DNA from: Phoronis australis
Taxonomy: Eukaryota; Animalia; Phoronida
NCBI GenBank assembly: GCA_002633005.1
Contig: NMRA01000231.1
Coordinates: 314,082 to 378,081, forward strand
DNA length: 64,000 nucleotides
Direction: 5' to 3'
Part shown: positions 1 through 12,189 of the stretch, piece after piece
Layout of the letters: each line of letters starts with the position of its first letter
How positions within the stretch are numbered: position 1 is the first letter of the stretch
Notes under the pieces: model-generated
Database searches by the model: none
The model's input: the letters and a program-made list of their open reading frames with translations, nothing else
Told to the model about the DNA's origin: nothing
Position numbers and translations under genes: made by a program

Positions 1-1468
1 GACATACCCTTCCATAGCCTCTCTCGCGGTTGACGCTACTCCTGAGGGACAACTGTGAGACGGACCCCTACTTGTGCGGGATTCTAAGCTGCACTAAATA
101 CAAGTAGCTCAGTTATCGTAATAGGTAATTTGGCATTGGACTCGGTAGGTTACGTTGTGTTGTAGATCAAGTCCTGGGAATTGTTTCATGGAAAGTGAAA
201 TAAGAATTAAAACAGAAATTGTTCTTACCCTTCCCCTTCGCAATTGCTGAATAAAGGTTTAGCCAAATGATTACGAGCACATTACAGTCTGGCGATTATT
301 TATAGAAATTGTTTCAGTAACTTTGCAGTTGTGTGCATTTTCTCAGAGACTTTGCCCTTTGATCAAATGATATTTAATTATGTTTTTTTTAAAATAGTTG
401 TTGGGAGCCCTAAAGTCTAAAGTCACTTTTCATGAAACATGCCCGAGACGGTTTGTCCTGACGCCTTGTTCTGATTTACATGTTTTCTTGTATTTGGCAG
501 AAAAATAAAATAACTAAAATAGTCTACTCCCAAAATGTTCTAGCTGTAGCAGGTGAGTATTGCAAACGGATTGAAAGACTTGAATACACGGATCAGCACG
601 TCAGCAATAAAAACGATTTATTCTTTCCTTATCACAGACCCAAATAACAATTTCATAACCAGTGCACTTACCTGAACCCAGATCATGCCAGCAATTTCCT
701 TACTGTCGTGTATTGTAGGTCCTAACTCATACGTTTTTACTCGTTTCATACCATTAGAATTTTCAAATTGACTTTACTTAAACCTGGGATTCAAATTTGG
801 CTATAACTATTAGGCTTAAATGTTTAGTGTCGAGCAATGGTGGAATACCATGGGACATACATGTATGTACAATTATGTCTCATGGGACATACTCTACAAG
901 AATGTCCCTTGTAATGCGCTTTATCGACAGCATCCGGGCTTCTAAAAAACATATCAACGGTTCCCTGGAAACGAATCTAATAAATACTCACTACGCGCGA
1001 ATAAAGCAACAACAAACTACAAAATTTAATTCTTTTCTTGTAATGAGTTATTAAGCCATAATTACAGCAGTTACGGCGATTGCAATCCCGTCTTCGATCC
1101 CAAAAAATAAGTTACGATTTCAACCACTTAGCATTACCTCAAATTATTCTTTTGTCAAATTAGAGGTGACTTGAGGGATTGGATGCAAGTGACAGTTCCT
1201 TATTGCTGTGCTCAAGGCCAGGTTTAACAAGTTGGCTGGCCAGGGCATGTCATTTCATGCGCCGAACACAACTGCTATTTCCTCAGTTACAAACTGAAAA
1301 TTCACTTTTAACCTGACTAAGGAGCAACTTCAGACCAACGGTGAATGGAATAAATCAAGCGTTCGCTTCTTGAACAGAAAGCAAGTTATACCCGCTCTAA
1401 AAACAGCAGAACAGTTTGTGTTGTGCCCTAGGCCTACTTTGAAAACGTTTGAATGTAAGAACGTTTTC

Positions 1469-1708
1469 TTATAAAACGCAGTGGACGAGACACAACACGA
1501 TGCTGACAACGGTCATCGATGCGTGAGCAAACATTGTGATCCCGCCGTTGTCTCCAACGCAATGACGACAAGTGAGCACGTGACTGGGATCCCATTTCTT
1601 TTTCAGTGTCAGCAATTTGTCGTAGTTGTCTCCCCAGTAGTATTTTTTCCAATCAGATTTCCTGGCATCTGGTTCATTAATATACCCACTCGACACGTGC
1701 TTGTAGAG
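1469..1708 (-). CDS. BBE-like FAD oxidoreductase, exon 7 (BBE domain and hydrophobic tail)
   Basis: GYINEPD...YYWGDNYDKLLTLKKKWDP matches the berberine (BBE) C-terminal signature; ends CRHCVG plus a hydrophobic tail; stop at 1469-1471. Confidence 0.93.
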   Translation of the reverse strand, partial: LYKHVSSGYINEPDARKSDWKKYYWGDNYDKLLTLKKKWDPSHVLTCRHCVGDNGGITMFAHASMTVVSIVLCLVHCVL

Positions 1709-2130
1709 CTAAAATGAAAACACCGGACAAGGTACAAAAACGTGCATGAGTCACAATTTCCAAACGAACTTTAAAAAATGTACTACGGCAAAGTGAAGGC
1801 CTACTGGGCTGGCTTTATGAAAATCAGTTTGATGTTCTGGTGATGTTGAAATTGTTACTAGGCCTACTGCATAAATTTCCTACGTTACACCAGGGCAGTA
1901 GAAACGGGTTCGCGGTAATAATTTGAAATGTCAGATGGGGTTGAAACCTTGTGGCGACCGCAAGAGTTGAGAAATTGGCAACGATGGGGAGTGGGTGAAA
2001 ACTAGTGGCGACGGGGAGGGGAAATAGTGCCTGGCAAGGTCAAATTAAGATTCCCTCGGGAATGTAGCCTAGTTTAGTCTATATTTTTTTACCACTTGAT
2101 TGCCAACAGTGGTGAATCACCAACTCGTAC

Positions 2131-2276
2131 CTTCTTTGCAGCCTCCAAGGCGACGTTAATGACCCTCTGGTCTTGGTCAGGGGATGGAGATGTCGTGCCA
2201 CAACTTAGAGCCATGTCACCACGGCGTAAACCCGAAACTACCGACGCAGAATCGTCACTGAAATCAGTTGCCCTAC
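2131..2276 (-). CDS. BBE-like FAD oxidoreductase, exon 6
   Basis: TTTTAG acceptor; GRATDFSDDSASVVSGLRRGDMALSCG...ALEAAKK; AAG|GTACG donor; 146 bp takes phase 1 to phase 0 (not in the ORF track on this strand). Confidence 0.82.
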
Positions 2277-2410
2277 CTAAAATTTAAAAAATAACGTCTA
2301 CATTAAGGTGACTGTGGACAGGTCTACGGAGGATGAAACATGACAAACAGAACCCATGACTAACAGGCAGGTGTATGCAATTAAACCTCTAATTAAAGTC
2401 AGTCTCCGCA

Positions 2411-2668
2411 CAGTGGCGTGCAGAGGCTTAGCGATGGCCGGGGCTATTAAGGGAGATGCCTCTCTTTCAAGTTGTTAAAGCCTACTACTAAGAAAAAAGT
2501 GGGAAAGATCGCTAAAGTAGGAAGTTTGTTCATTTTAACAACAAACCAGTCACAATTTCAAGAGGTTTATTCATATTGATTCAGTTTATGCCCCCCTCTC
2601 CCCATTGTGGATGCCCGAGGCCGTTGCCTCGATCATCGTCCCTCCCCCTCTAGCTTCTACATGCCTCT
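2411..2668. mobile_element. hAT-like MITE
   Basis: Termini CAGTGGCGTGCAG...CTACATGCCTCTG; flanks TCTCCGCA/TCACTGCA resemble a decayed 8-bp target-site duplication. Confidence 0.5.
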
Positions 2669-3713
2669 GTCACTGCACGTATAGGGGAAACGACTATCGT
2701 CAGCGAGTCATCGGCGTCTGGATCAGGTAAGTGGCATGTAAATATACAATCCACGTGACTACGGCAAATTTTTGCACGTTTTGGACACTTTTTAAGCAAA
2801 TTTATTTCGAATGCGAGGTGGACTGGGTTCCGTAGCCGGGAGCTTGTCGGAACCTCGCGAAAACATCACGCAAAATCACGAGAGCAAGTGTTACGTGAGT
2901 GAGCGTGGGACCATCCGGAAAATCTTGTGTATTTTCGCAGCTTGACTCTCTCGGAGTTTAACTTTATATTTCCGTATGCCAGTGCGAACTTCAGTTTGAA
3001 AGCCGCATGCCCAGATAACGTTCACCTCCGAAAGAAAATTTGAGTGTTATGGATGACTCCAGTGCCCGGTTACATGAAACAGTCCCAAATATGGACACAG
3101 CTGAGTTCCCTAAATCTACTGCGTACTTGTGAGCTTGTGAAAACACTAATTGTCCTTTCTTATGCTGTTTAAGTCTCATTACCACGTCAATTTTTACTTT
3201 GATACGAATCGAGAGGAAACTATAAACTGAATTCTCAATATTATTAAAAATAAGTAGGGATCTGTTTATGCAACGCACCTAATTTAAGGACTAAATCTCA
3301 ACTATTATGACTTAATTATGGGCTCAGTTTTCAGTTATATTACTAGAAAATGTTATTAGTCAAGAAGGAAATCATAATCAAGATAAAATGATAGAAAAAT
3401 ATGACATCTGTGAGTGAACAGATAAACAAGTACGCACAAAATTTAGGTAACTTAGGTGAGTCCCTATTTGGAACTGTGTTTCATGCAACCGGGCACGTAT
3501 CTTTCAGCGTATCCTAGCAACACGGCGGCTATTGAGCTGATCACCGAGAAGGGATGCTGAGTTACGTAATATAAGTCATTTTTGCTTCCATAAGCGAAAA
3601 TTTCTATATAGCTGCAATTGCTTCGCGAACGTATTGGGTTTACGTAACACGGAACACGAGGCTTCAAAAAGATTCAATTAATAAATCATCTGCGTTTGAA
3701 AAATTTCACAAAC

Positions 3714-4031
3714 CTCCAACAAGAGTTCCAGTGCAGACCAAAAGAACTTTGTTATCGACAGCAGTCACCAATGAGTCCACCAAGTCGTCTGCTAAGGAAT
3801 CCGACCAATCAGTGCTCTGAATGGTGCCGCTGTAAATGAACACGCGCGACCAGGTTGCGTCATTGTTGTTCTTCCACATTTCCCAAAAGCTGTTGTAGCT
3901 AGAAATGTTGCATTTCGAGTACGCCCAGCTGGGACCCCACGCACGCAGGTCTTTACTTGTCTCTTCGGCGTGACTGTAGTTTCCCCAGTGAACCATAGAA
4001 ACTGTGATGTACCCAAAGTGTATTCCAGTGC
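3714..4031 (-). CDS. BBE-like FAD oxidoreductase, exon 5
   Basis: Open frame GTGIHFGYITVSMVHWG...YNSFWEMW...GTLVGG; 318 bp, phase 1-1; AAG acceptor, GT donor. Confidence 0.85.
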
Positions 4032-5091
4032 CTTAATAACAAAGAAAATATGAATTAAACGAAAAACACGAACAATTGCGGAGATATATTTTTCAAATGT
4101 TATTTCATGAAATACATGGGTGCGTTCTACCACATCTACATGTACTTCCTAGTGAAATCTCCATGAGGGATATTAGTTGGTTTCTTTAAGATGTTGGCGA
4201 ACAGCACCACGGGTTTGCGTATGATGCCTCGTTTTGACACACACGCCAACAACAATACAAATCAGATGTCAGTCATTCCCACATTTCTGGAACTATCAAT
4301 AAAGTACAATATCGGAATTCATGACGTCACTGTTGCATAGGTATGCAATTGGACAATTCTTTTTTGTGGTGGGAATTGTAATCTTAGGTGAATTTTGGAC
4401 GTAAAAATTAAGTCCTCGTGTTTTGGTTAAAGTCCTGTTTTTCATCACAGGTTGTTAAACGCTCGCAAAAATTATTTGTTATTAAGTTTGTAGACAAGGT
4501 CAGTATGTAAGCTGAAGACAGAGGATTTCGCGTATTTGTAAGTAACCTCTGAAATAAAGAGTCTGTAACATGCTTTGGCTTTATACATGTAAAAGGACTA
4601 TTTTTTGATGAACTAGTTTCGTATCGAAAATAAACCGGTGTATGCAAAAAGTATCGTGGCGTGGGAATAACACTGCATAATGCGGGTTATGTGAGCCCCC
4701 AAGGTACGCCATTATTTCAAAGGTCAGCTATTTGCAGAGTTTTTGTTTTCACATTTTCAAGTCAATGAATACAATTGCACTTTTTTAGCGAAAATGATGT
4801 TCAAAAAGCATTGTCGTTTAATTCCTGTTACATTTACACATTAGCATAGGAGCATGCAAATACATCTTTAATAGTGGGGTCATGGTGTGCAAAACACCCA
4901 GTCACCTACGTAAACCATAATCTGCTCGAGTATAAAATAATACTTCGTACTTAAGTAGAAAGGAAAATGTTAAAAACAATTTCAATTTGGATTTTGAGCA
5001 AAGCGATAAGACCCTGGTCAATGTTTCGTTTGAAAAGCCAGAAAATTTGCTTTCAACAGCGAGTGCATGGACCATTGCAACTGTTACTAAC

Positions 5092-5301
5092 CTGGAACAG
5101 CTGGTGACGTCAGTACATAACCACCCCACTCTCTGGGTAGTGTTTTCACAAAGCTTCCGAAAAATTTAAAGAACTTGCGGCCTGGTTCCGACTCTCGCGC
5201 GCTGGTATCGAACAGCCAGGTGCACAACATGTGTTGGAAGTTCGAGGGTGGTAAGTGAATCTTGAACTTTACTTTGGTGACTATTCCGAAAGTGCCACCG
5301 C
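5092..5301 (-). CDS. BBE-like FAD oxidoreductase, exon 4
   Basis: Splicing completes the ALRGGGGGTFGIVT motif; CAG acceptor, CAG|GTTAGT donor; 210 bp, phase 1-1. Confidence 0.9.
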
Positions 5302-5876
5302 CTGCAATGTACATGTAAGTGTGAGCAACGGGATCAACAGTTCTGGGATCGATGATGACGTTCAACACAAGCTCTGCTCTAGAGCTTTTAGTCCCCTTTA
5401 CTGTAATTTTGAATATTCTCAAATAAACTCGACCTAGGAAAATTCCATCTTAAAAGTGGTTCAGACAGTTTCCAAAATTTACACAATACTTTGAAATATG
5501 AATAACAGGAAATGAGTATCCTGGGAACTGACGATGTCTCGAGTGTACACCAGCACACAAAGGTGAAAGCGCTGACAAATGAACTTAACTTTTGCCAAGA
5601 TTTGGAGGGTGTCGTAACCGGCGAGTCAGTTGAGTATTCAGAAAAATCCGAACGTTGCAGTCACTCTGGAATTTGAGACAACTGTTGCATTCCCTGACTT
5701 CGTTGGCCTAAAGCTGCAATTTCTGCAGCAAAAAACACGAGGCCGAGACTTTAACATGCTTAAAAATCGTGTTGTGAAAATCACTTGCGAAACTCTTACA
5801 AAACGGGCATCCAGTGTATTTCTTCAAAACAACCAGGTTAATGATCTCCAAGTTACTAGAATAACAAAAGCCTCAC

Positions 5877-6135
5877 CGCCTCCTCTAAGAGCCCAAAAAA
5901 GATCGGCATCATTGCTCGCGTTTATTGCTCCATTGGACTCCGTGAAGTTCCAACCATCTTTCGTCACGACACCAACGGCACCATTTGCAGTGACCAAGTG
6001 AATAGCGATGACGTTGTCAACAGCTAATCCTAATTTTCGCGTCATAGGACTGTGACCGCCTCCTAGCGTGTAGCCACCCATACTAACCAAGGGAGACGCA
6101 CCGCCTACGATGACCCGTTTATATTTTTCATCCAG
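5877..6135 (-). CDS. BBE-like FAD oxidoreductase, exon 3
   Basis: Polypyrimidine tract plus CAG acceptor; VIVGGASPLVSMGGYTLGGGHSPMTRKLGLAVDNV...DLFWALRGG; donor G|GTGAG (phase 1). Confidence 0.93.
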
Positions 6136-7139
6136 CTGAAAAAAAAAAACAATGAGAAAATGCACATTCAAAAGAGCGGTAAGCGAATTTAGGCAATTCT
6201 AAAAATCTTCCAGTTTGAAACGCATAGGAGTACATAGCATTGGAACTACGTAACTTCTTACTTATGACCGTAAGACTACGTGAAGTACTTCTTTCTGAGC
6301 GAATGTTTTTAACTTTTCAAATTAAGAAATCGTGAGATCAGACAGTGATGGTACATTTGAGAGAACTATGAAGTGTTGAGCAATTGCTTAACTGGCGAAG
6401 CTACAGTAAAGCCCTCTCCTTAAATGGAAGAATATTTTACAGGTAAATTCGACGCCCTGGATTTCAACGAAATTGTCTGGCAGATAACGACAAGAGTTAG
6501 CATTTAGTAATAAAATCACAAAACAATGAATTTTGTTATTTTATAGATCCTGTCAAAGCTAATAACATGACGTCTATCCCGCCCAACAACAGTTCCTAAA
6601 ATGAGTTTTTGACAGCAAACCGATGATGTACCTTGAACACTGATTAAACATTAACCGTGTAACAACGGAGTTCCAAAATGAATCCCGCAGCTACCCAGGG
6701 AATCAGGACGCGGGAAAAGTTAAACACCACGACGTCCTTCGTCTTTAATTCCACAAGCATTCGTTGCTAATTACAGCATTACTTCTTTTTCATGAGCTTG
6801 CTATATTTATAGAGCACATCAACGATTTGCGGACAATAAGCAAGAAAAGGGCTTGCGGAATAAACACTAGAGCTCATGATCACCTGCATAATAATCATGA
6901 AACAGGCCCAGTGCGAAACAAGTTCACATTCATAACGTTTTGAAAATATTTTTATTGTATTAGAGTTGGGTGTGAATTATGTGGTATTCGACACTTGGAA
7001 TCCTGGTCATACCACTCAGTCTGTAATAGTTAGTTACCACCCACCAACCCCACCTTCCCGATTAAAGCCTATATATGCCTGCGGTTATCTGTAAAATTCT
7101 CAACGTGAATCCGCTGGTTGTATATGAATCATCAATTAC

Positions 7140-7278
7140 CTCTTTATAGACTCGGCCCCAGTTGTTTCCCACACCTAGTTCTGCCGTGCCACCGGGTCCA
7201 TGTTGAATGTCGTTCAGGTCGACCTTGATACTTCTGAGATTGTACAAATTGATTTGAAGACTTCCAGCCGCGATGTTT
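7140..7278 (-). CDS. Duplicate copy of exon 2 (probably the allelic copy in an assembly overlap)
   Basis: Same sequence and splice sites as 8682-8820; lies inside a duplication joined by a single N at 7336. Confidence 0.6.
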
Positions 7279-7906
7279 CTACGAAACGAGATAGACATGT
7301 AATGATTCTTGCAGAAATAATTCTCATCCCTTCTTNCCGTTTATATTTTTCATCCAGCTGAAAAAAAAACAATGAGAAAATGCACATTCAAAAGAGCAGT
7401 AAGCGAATTTAGGCAATTCTAAAAATCTTCCAGTTTGAAATGCATAGGAGTACATAGCATTGGAACTACGTAACTTCTTACTATGACCGTAAGACTATGT
7501 GAAGTACTTCTTACTGAGCGAATGTTTTTAACTTTTGAAATTAAGAAATCGTGAGATCAGACAGTGATGGTAAATTTGAGAGAACTATGAAGTGTTGAGC
7601 AATTGCTTAACTGGCGAAGCTACAGTAAAGCCCTCTCCATAAATGGAAGAATATTTTACAGGTAAATTCGACGCCCTGGATTTCAACGAAATTGTCTGGC
7701 AGATAACGACAAGAGTTCGCATTTAGTAATAAAATACAAAACAATGAATTTTGTTATTTTATAGATCCTGTCAAAGCTAATAACATGACGTCTATCCGGC
7801 CCAACAACAGTCCCTAAAATGAGTTTTTGACAGCAAACCGATGATGTCACCTAAACACCGATTAAACATTAACCATGTAACAAAGGAGTTTCCAAATGAA
7901 TCCTGC

Positions 7907-8229
7907 CTTCTAGACTAGTTTCTAAATTACCCAAAAGCTCTCGCGAAGTTTTTGATTATGGCACTAGATTGCATGCTAATTTGTAAATTTGTATCAGCTG
8001 ACAGTCCATGAGGTTGGGGATGGATTGCTTGACAAGTCTATTGCCTTATGTGATGTACCCATATGTATATATATGTATATGAATATGTACATGTATATTT
8101 ATATGACTATGTTTATGAATATGTATATGCATATGCACGTATATATGTGTACATGTACACACGAGAAACACCCAGTGGGTACATTTATGTGCAAATCCGT
8201 AACGAATAAGTTCCGACACGCGTCAATCT
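7907..8229 (-). mobile_element. Non-autonomous Helentron-like (HINE-type) insertion containing an (ATGTAT)-type microsatellite
   Basis: Absent from the other duplicate copy; CTAGATTG/CAATCTAG inverted pair; imperfect hairpin AAAAGCT..AGTTTTT; internal microsatellite at ~8060-8160. Confidence 0.55.
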
Positions 8230-8681
8230 AGCTACCCAGGGAATCAGGACGCGGGAAAAGTTAAACACCACGATCGTCCTCTGTCTTTAATTCCACAAGC
8301 ATTCGTTGCTAATTACAGCATTACTTCTTTTTCATGAGCTTGCTATATTTATAAAGGACATCAACGATTTGCGGACAATAAGCAAGAAAAGGGCTTGCGG
8401 AATAAACACTAGAGCTCATGATCACCTGCATAATAATCATGAAATAGGCCCAGTGTGAAACAATTTCACATTCATAACGTTTTGAAAATATTTTTATTTT
8501 ATTAGAGTTGGGTGTGAATTATGTGGTGTTCGACACTTGGAATCCTGGTCATACCACTCAATCTATAATAGTTAGTTACCACCCACCAACCCCACCTTCC
8601 CGATTATAGCCTATATATGCCTGCGGTTATCTGTAAAATTCTCAACGTGAATCCGCTGGTTGTATATGAATCATCAATTAC

Positions 8682-8820
8682 CTCTTTATAGACTCGGCCC
8701 CAGTTGTTTCCCACACCTAGTTCTGCCGTGCCACCGGGTCCATGTTGAATGTCGTTCAGGTCGACCTTGATACTTCTGAGATTGTACAAATTGATTTGAA
8801 GACTTCCAGCCGCGATGTTT
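8682..8820 (-). CDS. BBE-like FAD oxidoreductase, exon 2
   Basis: TAG acceptor and GAG|GTAATT donor; 139 bp takes phase 2 to phase 0; RNIAAGSLQINLYNLRSIKV...GVGNNWGRVYKE. Confidence 0.88.
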
Positions 8821-9281
8821 CTACGAAACGAGATAGACATGCAATGATTCTTGCAGAAATAATTCTCATCCCTTCTTTCAAGGAATAATAGCATGTCAGG
8901 TACACTGCCACTTATCATATTATTCAAGACGGAAGAGATGTCTGACTTTTGCGACTGATGCGAGTGGCCTTCCTTTAGCCGGACATTATGGCAGTTTTCG
9001 TGAATGAACAAACAAGAAGCAAAAAAATCTGTGGTTGTTGTTTTATAGTTCCGTCGAAATGACCAATTTGAAAATTGTACGCGAACTGTAAAATACGACT
9101 GTTACTCGGACATAGAGAGCATAGCCTGGCTAGAAAGTGATCGTTCACCTGTACCGCATGTGAACTTCACATAGAAAAAATATAGCAAACTGTTGGGAAA
9201 GTGCTAACAATTCAGTGATGTGTAGAATGAACTACATCGATACGCTAACCTTTATTCAGTATATTTGGGGGGGGGGGGGGG

Positions 9282-9493
9282 NNNNNNNNNNNNNNNNNNN
9301 NNNNNNNNNNNNNNNNNNNNNNNNNNNNNNNNNNNNNNNNNNNNNNNNNNNNNNNNNNNNNNNNNNNNNNNNNNNNNNNNNNNNNNNNNNNNNNNNNNNN
9401 NNNNNNNNNNNNNNNNNNNNNNNNNNNNNNNNNNNNNNNNNNNNNNNNNNNNNNNNNNNNNNNNNNNNNNNNNNNNNNNNNNNNNNNNNNNNN
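9282..9493. other. Assembly gap (run of N after poly-G)
   Basis: Run of Ns in intron 1 of the oxidoreductase. Confidence 0.99.
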
Positions 9494-9732
9494 GGCTAGT
9501 ACATAAGAAATGAGCAGATGATATAGTAAACAAGTACCCAATTGAACTACACCGTCCACAAGACAATTTGCGAGAAGTACAGTTTGTATATCGTCAACAA
9601 AACACTATTTCATACTTCTAATTTAGACGAAACGCGGCACCATACGACGCGGTTCACGGCCGCTTTTATTAGTGATGAGAGCAATTGCCGTGTGACAGTC
9701 AAGGTTTCACCTTGAAAACATCTCCATCTTAC

Positions 9733-10139
9733 CTTCCAATAAAATCGTGACCGGACGTGATGACTGAAAGGCGAATGTTGTACTTGGTGGCAAAAAGAAC
9801 ACATTCCTTTACGTCGTTTTGAGACGCGACCTCCACAATGATTCCGGGTTTAGTTATATAGCGCTGGCTCATTATTAAATCTTCCGTGTCTTTTTTGTAT
9901 TTCGACGATTCCATTGAAAAGTCGTTTACTTTTCCATAGTCCACAACCTGAAGCAAGGTTCCGCTCACTTTTCCCTTCAGCTCGTCGATTTCCGCCTGTG
10001 ACGGCCAACAAGATTGGTCTGGTTCACACCATTCGCGCTCAGTGCCTGGCTGGTACGGGTCCCTACCACTTTCGGCCGCGAGGGCATTGGCAACAACAAA
10101 TGAGAGGGTCGAGACAATCAGTCCTAACCGGTCGAACAT
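9733..10139 (-). CDS. BBE-like FAD-linked oxidoreductase, coding exon 1 of 7 (signal peptide, start of FAD-binding domain)
   Basis: ATG at 10139; hydrophobic MFDRLGLIVSTLSFVVANALA; WCEPDQSCWPS motif; flavinylation motif ITSGHDFIGR; donor AG|GTAAG after 9733 (phase 2). Confidence 0.92.
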
Positions 10140-12189
10140 TATCGTGCTATAAAGGCCTCTGTGGATGTGCAAATTTGGCAATCTGTGATGCTTGGTTTGA
10201 GTATTTACTCGTAGCGATTGCGAAATACCTAGGCTATCTTCGTCGCCGGGCTACACATGACACGCCGACCTACATCTTACAATCACTGTCCTATAAAGGT
10301 TTGGTTCACAAATCGCCGCGGCCCAAATCAACGTGTTTTGATCAAATACCATGCAGTCTCAAATGTGTTATTCATGTATGTATATCCATGGGTCATAGTT
10401 GCCTTCACCCGGCCATATAGTAGTCACTGCATGCGCTCAGTCAACAAAAGCCAGTTCAGGTATAGGCCTACATGTACGCCAATGATTGTATTGATTTAAA
10501 TATTCTATTGAAGGCCTACAATAAATTTGACCAACATTACTGACCTAGTTTGGTCATTGAGAATTTCGCAATCAACGCGACTTGAGTCTAGCAGCACTGT
10601 ACATTATAATTTTGGAAACCCGTGTAAAAATTGCTCGGGCCACTTTTTCCGACGTTGAATGTACATGTATCGCGTTGAAAACGAGTCAATGGCCGCCGGC
10701 TATATTCAACGTACATGTATGGTTTCGTTGCGGCCGGGGGCGGGTATTGTATGAGGGCTTTGGTACGGTAAGCACCCTACGGTGACTGATTAACGATAAC
10801 TATAGGGCCCTCGGCTGTGTTCAACTGTGGGCCTCCTTTTCTTAAAGTCCCTACATAACGGCCAATATGCCTTTTGAACATGTTAAATATATGTATCATT
10901 GATCGACATAAACATATCATCCCTTTCTTTTACTCCTGACCTAGCTATTTACGACCCCATCAGGAACCCCATTTAGCGCCGAAAAGAAACTTTAGGGGGC
11001 GCTCGTTCTAATTGACGCAAATGACATCGTTGTAACCCAAGACGTCGTCCCTACAGTAGGGCCTACAGTCCATTGCCACAGGAAACTTACCTTACGGTGA
11101 CGGGTGCAGTCTATTTCAATCACTGACAGAGTTTCAAAATTACATCTGTTCGAGACAACAACGTTCAAATACTATACGTAACTTATCTCGACACTTCCAC
11201 GTGCATGTAACATCCTACAATTATAGTCACTGTGTCTCGATAGTCTAGCGTCGCCGAAGTCAGTATCGCGTTCTCGGTGGGGACCACTTACTCGTACGCT
11301 TATTTACAAAGACGTCGGGGTCTAACGAACCAATTAAAGTCGGTAGAGGGTCCCTGCGTCGGTGGCGGACAGGAAGCGAAAGGCTCACGCGCAGCACGAT
11401 AAAAAAGAATGACCGGGAATTTTTCGCACTTGGGTCAGAAAATCATAATACCTTGCCTTGGACGGACGTTACGGCGGAGAGTTCAATGAAATGTACGGCG
11501 AAATGGAAGATTAAGGAAATGTAGAAACAACGTTTGCGCCGTTCAAACCATGGGAATCCGAGTGCAGTGTAACAGAAGGGGGAGAGGGGGAGGAGGGAAC
11601 CGGCCAATTGTCACGAAACATGCTACGGACCCTCTCGGAGGCGATGTTTGTTGATGGTGAGAAAAAATATCAACGAAATTGCTTTACGTTAGAATTCAAA
11701 ATTAAACCGACGTTATTTCTTGCGGTCGAAAATTGGAGAAATTATGTAGCAAAAATTTCCCGTGAAATTCCAAATACATTTAGTTATTTCAACCAGGTTT
11801 CTTTCGCCATCATTTCCATGAAGTAAAATATAATTTTATGAGCATACGCTGCGACATCGGCACATTCAAATTAAGTTGAAATTGTGTCGGATGTCACTTT
11901 CTACCCGAATAGTATGCATTGGATTAAATTCTAACACAACAGTATAGGTCAACTGGTCAGTTTGTATGTCTGAGATCGACACAAACAACAGGCCGTCAGA
12001 AATGTCTAAAAAACTGAGGTACGGGCAAAGTACCAAACAAAAACAAACGACAGACGAAACAAACACAACGATTATGTCGCCGCCTCGACACCACAAAATT
12101 CGTCATTTTTATCACTNATTATTCTTCATTAGAAGACAAAGGCAATTTACACAAGGCGTTCGAAACTTAGCCCGTAGACGACGCAGCTA

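Larger units (their letters stand above)
6115..8877. repeat. Tandem near-identical duplication (6115-7335 vs 7337-8877), probably an uncollapsed haplotype overlap
   Basis: Copies abut at a single N (7336) and differ by scattered SNPs, small indels and one 323-bp insertion. Confidence 0.85.

Noticed and set aside
2681-3468. Possible MITE with ATAGGG...CCCTAT ends
   Set aside because: The inverted match is too short and degenerate to support from a single copy
7989-8231. Met/Tyr-rich ORF
   Set aside because: Translation of the ATGTAT-type microsatellite inside the insertion
9215-9566. ORFs spanning X runs
   Set aside because: Artefacts of the N gap
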